Shown: one piece after another, positions 9,579-17,466 of the stretch
Layout of the letters: each line of letters begins with the position of its first letter
Position numbering within the stretch: the stretch's first letter is position 1
Source: Gemmatimonadota bacterium
Lineage (GTDB): Bacteria > Gemmatimonadota > Gemmatimonadetes > Palauibacterales > Palauibacteraceae
Length of the DNA: 64,000 nt
Direction of reading: 5' to 3'
NCBI GenBank assembly: GCA_963666735.1
Contig: OY762926.1
Location: 320,001-384,000, forward strand
Program-made: the position numbers and the translations under genes
The notes under the pieces: model-generated
Told to the model about the DNA's origin: nothing
Databases searched by the model: none
The model's input: only the letters and a program-made list of their open reading frames with translations

Positions 9579-11621
9579 TCAGCGCACCCGGCCGAAGCGA
9601 ACGTCGCGCGTGCGACCGTTGGCGACATAGAAGCCGATGACCTGACCGTTGCGGTCCCGCTCGAAGGCGAACGACAGGCCGCCGCCCGAGAACTGATCCT
9701 CTTCTCCGGGTTCGAGTTCCGCCCGGTCGAGCCGGCGCTGGTGCAGGACGAGGGCTCCGTCCTCCACCGCGAAGGCGTAGAAGGTCTCCAGTTCCTCGCT
9801 GAAGAAGCGGCCGGCGAAGTCGGCCAGCTCCGCGGGCTCTGGCTCCCATGCCTCGGCCTCGTCGCCCTCGAGGCGCGTCGCGTGGTTGTCCCCGTTCTGG
9901 TGCAGCGTGAGTCCTTCGACGTCCCCCTCGGCATCCCGCAGGAAGGTGACGGAAGCCTCGACCGCGAGCAGGCGGAAGGTCGAGTCGGACGTGGGGACGA
10001 TCTCGAGCCGCTGCTGGCCCGTGGCCTGCGTGTAGAAAGTGTCGTCTTCCCGCGTGAAGGCGAGGATGAAGTTCGGCGCCGCGTCGAGCGCGTACCGGCC
10101 GGCGAACTCGTCGAAGGCCTCGGGGTCGAAATCTTCCGGATCGAACTCCTCGTCTCCTCCCGCGGCGGCGTCTTCCTCCGCCTCCATCGCGTCCTTGAAG
10201 AAGGCCGCGGCGAGTTCGTACGCGACGCCGCTGTTGAACTGCGCGTGGTTGCTCTGCGTGGTGAGACCGGCGTTGATCTCGGGGAAATAGACGAACATCG
10301 AGCGGTGCGCGACATCGGCCCCCCCGTGGCTCACCCGCTTGAGCCCACGCTGCTCGTCGACCGAGAGCCCGTACCCGTACCCCGTCTCCTCCCCGTCGTT
10401 GAGCACGAAGGAGGTCGTCATCTCATCGATGCTTTCGCGCGTGCCGACGCGCGGGTTCGCGTAGTTCTCGGCCCACGTCTGCAGGTCGCCGATGGTGCTG
10501 TAGATCGCGCCCGCCCCGACCGCGCCGCCGAGGTCGCCGATCTGCCGGTATCCATCCGGGCCCGGCGTGTAGCCCTCGGACATGTTCGGGACGATGTGTC
10601 GCGTGGAGGGCCGCACCATGGTCCCGTCCATCCCCAGCGGCCCGAACACGTTCTCCCGCATGAAGACGGGGAAATCCTGCCCGGAGGTCCGCTCGACGAT
10701 CACCGCCGCGAGGCCGTACGCCGTGTTGTTGTAGTTCCACTCGGCGCCGGGCTCGTTCTGGAGGGCCGGCTGCCGCTGAACGATGTCGATGAGTTCCGAG
10801 CGGTCGATCCAGTCGCCGTGGTCGAGGCGGCGGCCCGTCATCCGCAGCAGGTTCAGAAACTCGCGCAGTCCCGACGTGTGCGTGACCAGGTGCTTCACCC
10901 GAATGGTGTGCTCGAACTCCGGAAGTTCGGGGATGTGCTCACGGATGTCGTCGTCGAGCGAGAGGAGTCCGCGCTCCGCCTGCAGCATGATCGCGAAGGC
11001 GGTGAACTGCTTCGAGGTCGAACCGATGTTCGTCCGCGTGTCCTCCTCGAAGGGGAGGCCGTAGGCGAGGTTCGCCATCCCGTAGGTCTTCGAAAAGAGC
11101 GTGCGGCCGTCGCGCCACACGCGGACCGCGCCCCCCGGAGAATGCGATCCGTCGAAGCGGGACATGACCTGGTCCGCCAGTTCCTCCGGGTCCGTCGCGA
11201 CCGGTTCGCGCCGCAACAACGTGATCTCGTAGCGCCCGCCGGCTTCCGCATCGTCTCCGCCGACGAACAGCTCCAGGGTGTGGACGCCCGCGCCGGCCGT
11301 CCGCCCGCCGAAGCGTTGGACGCCGCGCCCCAGCCCGCCGAAGCGTCCGGCCTGCGTCCCCTCCGGGTCGAGGACGCGCGCGGTCACGTCGACGGAAATC
11401 TGGTTCACCTCGCCGAGGACGAAGTCGTTCTCGTCCGTCTCGATCGTGTAGCGCGCCGTATCGCCCGCGGCCAGCGTGCCCGCCAGCGTCCGGCCGACCT
11501 CGAGTTCCGTGCTCTGAGCCGCGATCCCTCCGGCCGAGAGAAGGGCGAGAAGTCCGGTGCGGAGCGCGGAACCAACGGAACCAAGCGGGGGACGAGGGCG
11601 GCGACGGAAACGCGTGTTCAT
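9579..11621 (-). CDS. Secreted serine hydrolase (beta-lactamase/AmpC-like family) with extra N- and C-terminal domains
   Basis: SxxK (STSK), YNN and HGG motifs; signal peptide; GGAG RBS before MNTRF. Confidence 0.88.
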   Translation of the reverse strand: MNTRFRRRPRPPLGSVGSALRTGLLALLSAGGIAAQSTELEVGRTLAGTLAAGDTARYTIETDENDFVLGEVNQISVDVTARVLDPEGTQAGRFGGLGRGVQRFGGRTAGAGVHTLELFVGGDDAEAGGRYEITLLRREPVATDPEELADQVMSRFDGSHSPGGAVRVWRDGRTLFSKTYGMANLAYGLPFEEDTRTNIGSTSKQFTAFAIMLQAERGLLSLDDDIREHIPELPEFEHTIRVKHLVTHTSGLREFLNLLRMTGRRLDHGDWIDRSELIDIVQRQPALQNEPGAEWNYNNTAYGLAAVIVERTSGQDFPVFMRENVFGPLGMDGTMVRPSTRHIVPNMSEGYTPGPDGYRQIGDLGGAVGAGAIYSTIGDLQTWAENYANPRVGTRESIDEMTTSFVLNDGEETGYGYGLSVDEQRGLKRVSHGGADVAHRSMFVYFPEINAGLTTQSNHAQFNSGVAYELAAAFFKDAMEAEEDAAAGGDEEFDPEDFDPEAFDEFAGRYALDAAPNFILAFTREDDTFYTQATGQQRLEIVPTSDSTFRLLAVEASVTFLRDAEGDVEGLTLHQNGDNHATRLEGDEAEAWEPEPAELADFAGRFFSEELETFYAFAVEDGALVLHQRRLDRAELEPGEEDQFSGGGLSFAFERDRNGQVIGFYVANGRTRDVRFGRVR

Positions 11622-11704
11622 GTGGGTAACTCCGGGGACGGGTTCGATGGAGCGCGCGACAGACGGTAAGGAAGCCGGACTCGATCGGGCAACCGCTCGA
11701 CAAG

Positions 11705-11775
11705 GCCAATACCGGGCCAATACCGGGCCAGTATCGAGCCAATACCGGGTCGATACGGCCGGCTGCCAATACCGG
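11705..11775. repeat. Tandem 11-bp repeats (consensus GCCAATACCGG), six copies
   Basis: Exact copies at 11705, 11716, 11738 and 11765; degenerate copies at 11727 and 11749. Confidence 0.85.
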
Positions 11776-11850
11776 TTTCGACGTCCGCGGACGTACAATC
11801 AGACGGCGTTCGCGGCTCGACCCAGTTCCGCCCCAATTGCGAAGGATCCG

Positions 11851-12018
11851 ATGAAAGTGATGCTCATCGACGAGACCGCCGGTTCCGGCGGAGACATGCT
11901 GCCGTGGATGTTCCGCAAGCTCGAGGTGGAACAGTGGCCGGCCGAGGTGATCGCGGGCGTCGACCCGCAACTGGAGAAGGCGATCGAGGTCGTGCTGGAA
12001 CAACTCGGGGGGGGTTGA
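11851..12018 (+). pseudogene. Remnant of a tricorn-like S41 peptidase C-terminus with an internal deletion
   Basis: KVMLIDETAGSGGDMLPWMFRKL (catalytic-Ser region) is fused directly to EVEQWPAEVIAGVDPQLEKAIEVVLEQL. The intervening GxRTWGG...GVxPD segment and the whole N-terminus are missing. Confidence 0.75.
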
Positions 12019-12024
12019 TCGCGA

Positions 12025-13098
12025 TCAACCTTCGTCCGCGATCGTGAACAGCCTGAGGCTCCCCGGGTACATCTGCCAGGCCGTATCGTCCAGCACGCGG
12101 CTGCTCCACGCCTCCTCGTGGAGCGGATCGCGCCACAGCACCGTGGTCCGCCCCCCCTCTTCGTAGGGCAGGAACAGGCCGTCCACCGGATCGATCGCCG
12201 GAACGAGCCACACTCCCCGCTCTCCGGCCCGCATGTCCTTGAACCCGGGCGCCCTGACGCCGGGGCGCCCCTCGACGATCCGCGCCATCTCGGCCCGCGT
12301 GCTCTCGACCAGCCACCGGGGTACCGGGATGCGGGAGATGCGGACGATCCTGGGCGGCTCGTACTCCAGCTCGATTCGCCACAGGATCGTCTCCATCGCG
12401 TCGAGGAGGACGACCTCGCCCTTCCGCCCGCCCGACACCACCAGATTAAGGGTGCCTATTCGGCTCCTCCAGGACGCCTCGTACGCCAGTTCCGCGGGAA
12501 TCGGAACCTCGCTCGGGATGTTCAGGGGCCGGTCCCCGGCCGCGTACGCCGTGAGCAGGAAGCCCGGTTCAACGCTCGGTCCGACCGGACCGAGGACATG
12601 GTCGACACCGAATCCGGCCGCGGTCGAGATCACCGGAAGCCGCACGGTCCGCGGCTCGCCCTCTCCGGGAGGGAACCGCACCAGCGCTCCACGGCCGAGG
12701 TCGCCCACCCACAACGCGCCGTCCGGTGCGAACTCGACGCGCATCGGGGATTGAAGAACGTCGGGATCCCCCGGTCCCGAGGGCCCGCCCAGGGTCGCGA
12801 TGTGCTCCCCCTCGGAGCGGAACAATTGGACCCGCCCCGCCACGCGGTCCGCGATCGCGACCGTGTCCCCGAACAGATCGAACCCTCGAGCCGTCTCCAG
12901 GAAGAGGTCGTCCGAGAGGACGCCGCCGGGCGGCAGTTCCCGCACCAGCTCCCTCACCACGACGCTCCTGCTAGAACCGGCATCGGGTCGGCCGCCGGCG
13001 CCACCCTCGCCGCATGCCCACGTCGCCCACGCCGCCGCGACGAGGCCAAGCCGGTGACGGAGGAGAGATGCACCTGCTCCCCGGGTGTCGCTCAACAT
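12025..13098 (-). CDS. Lipoprotein with 6-bladed beta-propeller/NHL-like fold (cassette A)
   Basis: Lipobox-like TWAC; blades IADRVAGRVQLF, GGPSGPGDP, EFAPDGALWVGD; start overlaps the stop of the upstream Cys-rich gene. Confidence 0.8.
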   Translation of the reverse strand: MLSDTRGAGASLLRHRLGLVAAAWATWACGEGGAGGRPDAGSSRSVVVRELVRELPPGGVLSDDLFLETARGFDLFGDTVAIADRVAGRVQLFRSEGEHIATLGGPSGPGDPDVLQSPMRVEFAPDGALWVGDLGRGALVRFPPGEGEPRTVRLPVISTAAGFGVDHVLGPVGPSVEPGFLLTAYAAGDRPLNIPSEVPIPAELAYEASWRSRIGTLNLVVSGGRKGEVVLLDAMETILWRIELEYEPPRIVRISRIPVPRWLVESTRAEMARIVEGRPGVRAPGFKDMRAGERGVWLVPAIDPVDGLFLPYEEGGRTTVLWRDPLHEEAWSSRVLDDTAWQMYPGSLRLFTIADEG

Positions 13099-13559
13099 TC
13101 GTTCAACGTAGTACAGGGATCGGGAGCGGGACCATAAATCGTAATCGCCGAACTGCAGCCGCCGACGGTCGTAAATTCCTCGATTCGACCATCGGCCATC
13201 TCATAAGCGCAGGCACAGACCTCGCAGCTCAAGATGCCAAGGGTGTACGGCACCGGGACATCCATACAGATCCCGCCCACGCGGACGCCACTATCGGGGT
13301 TATTGGGGCCGCCCGAGAGATATGGGGGACAGCCGCCCTGAGCGGCCGCCGCTCCGAGGTCGGCCTCCTCCGCGTGGGCATGTCCGAGCGGCGCGAAGGG
13401 AGCAAGCGCGGACGTGATGGAGAGGAGGAGGGCGGTCGCCACGACTCGGCGGAGCCGCTCCGCACGCGAAGTGCGTGGCGAGATCGCCGAGACTGCAAGA
13501 ACCCCTCTGAGCGCTGCCGAGTGGAACACGACGAAGGAAAACGGCGTGAAGCGGAGCAT
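13092..13559 (-). CDS. Small secreted Cys-rich protein (cassette A)
   Basis: GGGAGG RBS; hydrophobic segment ending AHA; mature part has 8 Cys and ends in Cys; conserved in the duplicate copy. Confidence 0.75.
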   Translation of the reverse strand: MLRFTPFSFVVFHSAALRGVLAVSAISPRTSRAERLRRVVATALLLSITSALAPFAPLGHAHAEEADLGAAAAQGGCPPYLSGGPNNPDSGVRVGGICMDVPVPYTLGILSCEVCACAYEMADGRIEEFTTVGGCSSAITIYGPAPDPCTTLNEC

Positions 13560-13615
13560 GCTTGCCTCCCGGGTCTGAAGTGTGCGTTGCCCGGGACTCG
13601 CTCCAAAATGGCTAC

Positions 13616-13728
13616 CACATCACTCGCCGTTTCGCAACCTGTCGAGTCGTGGTGTGGTGCCACCCCGACCTGGTATCGCCCGAGCGTCATGCCCTCCGGT
13701 CCGCCGGTGTCGGCGCTAACGCTAGCCG
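13616..13728 (-). promoter_or_regulatory. 113-bp element upstream of cassette A, containing a probable promoter
   Basis: Near-identical to 15273-15385; the minus-strand core TTGCGAAACGGCGARTGATGTG also occurs at 17053-17074. Confidence 0.5.
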
Positions 13729-13890
13729 AACTGCCAGATCTGTCATCGGGAGGGATCCGTGCGGCCGATGTCCCTCCTCACCTATCGCGACACGCGCCGC
13801 TGGGCGTCGCGCATGATGGAGCTGGTCTCGAAGCGGCTCATGCCCCCGTACCACCTCGACACGGGCGTCGGAATCCAAGACATCAACGAT
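13729..13890 (+). pseudogene. Fragment of a c-type cytochrome gene paralogous to 30828-32435
   Basis: NCQICHREGSVRPMSLLTYRDTRRWASRMMELVSKRLMPPYHLDTGVGIQDIND aligns with ACVRCHRDNGVAPMPLVAHEDVQPYAS...MPPWYVEKDIGIQHFKDD. There is an in-frame stop just upstream and no start or signal peptide. Confidence 0.75.
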
Positions 13891-14093
13891 CACACTCCAT
13901 CGTGGACGCGCGTTTCCCGATACGCAACGGGCCGTATGCGGGGGGGCGGGTGTGCTGCGGCTGAGGCGGCCTTCGGGCGTTGGAGGGACGGAACCGGTCG
14001 GCTTATCCCGTCGCCGGTGGATACCGGACATCAGCCTTGCGGGCGGACCCGGCCCTCATGGAGCTGCGGGGCGGGCGGTCCGGTCGATTGCGT

Positions 14094-15170
14094 TCAGCGT
14101 TCGTCCGTGACCGTGAACCGCATGAGACTTCCCGGGAACATTAGCCAAGCCGTGTCGTCGTCCAAGATGCGGCTGCTCCACGCCTCCTGGCGCTGCGGGT
14201 CGCGCCACAGCACAGTGGCCCGGCCATCCTCCTCGTAGGGCAGGAATACCCCGTCCACCGGATCAATCGCCGGGACGAGCCACACCCCCCGCTCTCCGGC
14301 CCGCATGTCCTTGAACCCCGGCGCGCTGACACCGGGGCGGCCCGTGACGCGCCGCTCCATATCGGCGCGCGTGCTCTCGACCAGCCAATCGGGTACTGCG
14401 ATGCGGGAGATGCGAACGATCCTGGGCGGATCGTACTCCAGCTCGATTCGCCACAAGATCGTCCGCATCCCGTCGAGGAGGATCACCTCGCCCTCCCGTT
14501 CGACCGACATCACGACATGCAGGGGGCTTATTCGGACTACCGGTCCAAACGCCAACTCCTCGGGAAGCGGAACTTCGTTCGGGATGTTCAGGGGCCCGTC
14601 CGGCAACCCGTACGCCGCAAGCAGAAACCCCGGCTGTGCGCTGAGCCCGATGGCGCCGAGGACATGGTCGACCCCGAATCCAACGGCCGTCGCCATCGCC
14701 GCTCCCGGAAGCCGCGCCGTCTGCGGCTCGCCGCCTTCAGAAGGAAACCGCACGAGCGCTGCCCGCCCGGGATCGCCTACCCATAACGCGCCGTCCGGTG
14801 CAAACTCGACGCGCATCGGGGACTCAAGGATCTCGGGATCCCCCGGCCCCGGAGGGCCGCCCAGGGTCGCGATATGCTCCCCCGACGAGCGGAACAACTG
14901 GACCCGCCCCGCCAAGCGGTCCGCGATCGCGACCGTGTCCCCGAACAGATCGAACCCGTCAGCCGTCTCCAGGAAGAGGTCGTCCGAAAGGACGCCGCCG
15001 GGCGGCAGTTCCCGCACCAGCTCCCTCACCGCGACCTGCCTGCTCGAATCAACATCAAGCGGGCTGTCGGCGGCGCCGTCGCCGCACGCCCAGGTCGTCA
15101 ACGCCGCCATCCCGACGAGGCTAAGCTGTCGGCGGAGGACAGGCGCGCCTGTTCCCCGGATGTCACTCAA
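14094..15170 (-). CDS. Lipoprotein beta-propeller, divergent paralogue (cassette B)
   Basis: 358-aa ORF aligning end-to-end with the 12025-13098 product; TWAC lipobox; TTG start overlapping the upstream TGA. Confidence 0.8.
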   Translation of the reverse strand: MSDIRGTGAPVLRRQLSLVGMAALTTWACGDGAADSPLDVDSSRQVAVRELVRELPPGGVLSDDLFLETADGFDLFGDTVAIADRLAGRVQLFRSSGEHIATLGGPPGPGDPEILESPMRVEFAPDGALWVGDPGRAALVRFPSEGGEPQTARLPGAAMATAVGFGVDHVLGAIGLSAQPGFLLAAYGLPDGPLNIPNEVPLPEELAFGPVVRISPLHVVMSVEREGEVILLDGMRTILWRIELEYDPPRIVRISRIAVPDWLVESTRADMERRVTGRPGVSAPGFKDMRAGERGVWLVPAIDPVDGVFLPYEEDGRATVLWRDPQRQEAWSSRILDDDTAWLMFPGSLMRFTVTDER

Positions 15171-15268
15171 CAGGCGTTCTTCCCAGTGCAGGGACCGGGA
15201 GCGGGACCCTGAATCCTAATCGTCGAACTGCAACCGCTGCTCGTCGAAAAATACTCCGTTGTGCCGGA
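15167..15268 (-). pseudogene. C-terminal remnant of the Cys-rich protein gene (cassette B)
   Basis: SGTTEYFSTSSGCSSTIRIQGPAPGPCTGKNAC* aligns with DGRIEEFTTVGGCSSAITIYGPAPDPCTTLNEC*; preceded by an in-frame TAA, no start codon. Confidence 0.85.
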
Positions 15269-15272
15269 TTAA

Positions 15273-15385
15273 CACATCACTCGCCGTTTCGCAATCTGTC
15301 GAGTCGTGGCGTAGTGCCACCCCGACTTGGTATCGCCCGAGCGTCATGTCCTCCGGTCCGCCGGTGTCGGCGCTAACGCTAGCCG
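15273..15385 (-). repeat. Second copy of the 113-bp cassette-upstream element
   Basis: Matches 13616-13728 with a few substitutions. Confidence 0.92.
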
Positions 15386-15435
15386 GAAGTCGGCGGCTGG
15401 GGCCCTCCCGCGCCGCCATCGGGGTTTGATCGCGA

Positions 15436-16509
15436 TCAACCTTCGTCCGCGATCGTGAACAGCCTGAGGCTGGCCGGGTACATCTGCCAGGCCGTGTCGT
15501 CCAGCACGCGGCTGCCCCACGCCTCCTCGTGGAGCGGATCGCGCCACAGCACCGTGGTCCGGCCCCCCTCTTCGTAGGGCAGGAACAGGCCGTCCACCGG
15601 ATCGATCGCCGGAACGAGCCACACTCCCCGCTCTCCGGCCCGCATGTCCTTGAACCCGGGCGCCCTGACGCCGGGGCGCCCCTCGACGATCCGCGCCATC
15701 TCGGCCCGCGTGCTCTCGACCAGCCACCGGGGTACCGGGATGCGGGAGATGCGGACGATCCTGGGCGGCTCGTACTCCAGCTCGATTCGCCACAGGATCG
15801 TCTCCATCGCGTCGAGGAGGACGACCTCGCCCTTCCGCCCGCCCGACACCACCAGATTAAGGGTGCCTATTCGGCTCCTCCAGGACGCCTCGTACGCCAG
15901 TTCCGCGGGAATCGGAACCTCGCTCGGGATGTTCAGGGGCCGGTCCCCGGCCGCGTACGCCGTGAGCAGGAAGCCCGGTTCAACGCTCGGTCCGACCGGA
16001 CCGAGGACATGGTCGACACCGAATCCGGCCGCGGTCGAGATCACCGGAAGCCGCACGGTCCGCGGCTCGCCCTCTCCGGGAGGGAACCGCACCAGCGCTC
16101 CGCGGCCGAGGTCCCCCACCCACAACGCGCCGTCCGGTGCGAACTCGACGCGCATCGGGGATTGAAGAACGTCGGGATCCCCCGGTCCCGAGGGCCCGCC
16201 CAGGGTCGCGATATGCTCCCCCTCGGAGCGGAACAATTGGACCCGCCCCGCCACGCGGTCCGCGATCGCGACCGTGTCCCCGAACAGATCGAACCCTCGA
16301 GCCGTCTCCAGGAAGAGGTCGTCCGAGAGGACGCCGCCGGGCGGCAGTTCCCGCACCAGCTCCCTCACCACGACGCTCCTGCTAGAACCGGCATCGGGTC
16401 GGCCGCCGGCGCCACCCTCGCCGCATGCCCACGTCGCCCACGCCGCCGCGACGAGGCCAAGCCGGTGACGGAGGAGAGATGCACCTGCTCCCCGGGTGTC
16501 GCTCAACAT
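15436..16509 (-). CDS. Lipoprotein beta-propeller (cassette A')
   Basis: 357 aa; differs from the cassette A copy at two residues (AWSSR/AWGSR and YPGS/YPAS). Confidence 0.8.
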   Translation of the reverse strand: MLSDTRGAGASLLRHRLGLVAAAWATWACGEGGAGGRPDAGSSRSVVVRELVRELPPGGVLSDDLFLETARGFDLFGDTVAIADRVAGRVQLFRSEGEHIATLGGPSGPGDPDVLQSPMRVEFAPDGALWVGDLGRGALVRFPPGEGEPRTVRLPVISTAAGFGVDHVLGPVGPSVEPGFLLTAYAAGDRPLNIPSEVPIPAELAYEASWRSRIGTLNLVVSGGRKGEVVLLDAMETILWRIELEYEPPRIVRISRIPVPRWLVESTRAEMARIVEGRPGVRAPGFKDMRAGERGVWLVPAIDPVDGLFLPYEEGGRTTVLWRDPLHEEAWGSRVLDDTAWQMYPASLRLFTIADEG

Positions 16510-16970
16510 TCGTTCAACGTAGTACAGGGATCGGGAGCGGGACCATAAATCGTAATCGCCGAACTGCAGCCGCCGACGGTCGTAAATTCCTCGATTCGAC
16601 CATCGGCCATCTCATAAGCGCAGGCACAGACCTCGCAGCTCAAGATGCCAAGGGTGTACGGCACCGGGACATCCATACAGATCCCGCCCACGCGGACGCC
16701 ACTATCGGGGTTATTGGGGCCGCCCGAGAGATATGGGGGACAGCCGCCCTGAGCGGCCGCCGCTCCGAGGTCGGCCTCCTCCGCGTGGGCATGTCCGAGC
16801 GGCGCGAAGGGAGCAAGCGCGGACGTGATGGAGAGGAGGAGGGCGGTCGCCACGACTCGGCGGAGCCGCTCCGCACGCGAAGTGCGTGGCGAGATCGCCG
16901 AGACTGCAAGAACCCCTCTGAGCGCTGCCGAGTGGGACGCGACGAAGGAAAACGGCGTGAAGCGGAGCAT
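16503..16970 (-). CDS. Small secreted Cys-rich protein (cassette A')
   Basis: 155 aa; differs from the cassette A copy only in the leader (VF/AS). Confidence 0.75.
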   Translation of the reverse strand: MLRFTPFSFVASHSAALRGVLAVSAISPRTSRAERLRRVVATALLLSITSALAPFAPLGHAHAEEADLGAAAAQGGCPPYLSGGPNNPDSGVRVGGICMDVPVPYTLGILSCEVCACAYEMADGRIEEFTTVGGCSSAITIYGPAPDPCTTLNEC

Positions 16971-17000
16971 GCTTGCCTCCCGGGTCTGAGGTGTGCGTTG

Positions 17001-17039
17001 CCCGGGACTCGCTCCCGGGACTCGCTCCCGGGACTCGCT
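17001..17039. repeat. 13-bp unit CCCGGGACTCGCT repeated three times in the 5' leader of cassette A'
   Basis: Three exact copies here versus one copy at 13590-13602. Confidence 0.95.
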
Positions 17040-17094
17040 CCAAAATGGCTACCACATCATTCGCCGTTTCGCAATACCGGCGAGTCGGAGTGTG

Positions 17095-17275
17095 GGGAGG
17101 CTTCGGAACAGTCCTCACGATCCCAGATGACGATAAGGGTGCTGGTGCACCGGTGCGCGACCGGGGCGCTCTCGTCGCGGAGACTGTCCCGAAAGCTCAA
17201 GGAGCCCGAGGCGTGGATCCTTCCTGTTGCGCGACCGGGGCATCGCGCCCTTTGCGACCCAAATGTGCGGCACCC
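17095..17275 (+). mobile_element. Decayed IS1182-family-like transposase fragment
   Basis: RNSPHDP, then a frameshift, then MTIRVLVHRCATGALSSRRLSRKL...GHRALCD. This resembles the DUF772 region of IS1182 transposases (PYHPxMMxKVLxYxYxTGxxSSRxIxRK...HRTIxDF). Confidence 0.5.
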
Positions 17276-17466
17276 TTCGCGCCCCTGGCCGGTCGTCTAC
17301 CTGATCGTGCTACACCCAATCTGGTGCCCGCTCGAACGCCCCGCGGTCCGTGCTGTGCCGGCTAACGGCCAGACTGCTCCCCCCGCAGGCACCCCAGCGG
17401 CAGCTGGCGGGATCGACCGTGATCGTGACTGGCTCCACGTCCGGGCACCCGTCCCCCGCCGGGGGG

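Larger units (their letters stand above)
12015..13637. repeat. ~1.6-kb direct repeat, copy A (partner at 15426-17074)
   Basis: Near-identical sequence at an offset of 3411 bp, with a few substitutions and a 26-bp indel. Confidence 0.97.
15426..17074. repeat. ~1.6-kb direct repeat, copy A'
   Basis: Near-identical to 12015-13637. Confidence 0.97.

Noticed and set aside
11705..11775. Possible CRISPR array or plasmid iterons
   Set aside because: Units are 11 bp and contiguous with no unique spacers; no cas or rep gene is in the window.
13092..13559. Classical RiPP precursor (lanthipeptide, ranthipeptide, thiopeptide)
   Set aside because: It has a Sec-type signal rather than a leader/core layout, and no radical SAM, YcaO, LanM or peptidase-ABC exporter is nearby.
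12015..17074. Integron cassette array or composite transposon
   Set aside because: No integrase or intact transposase is present, no convincing attC structure was found, and the repeats contain whole genes.
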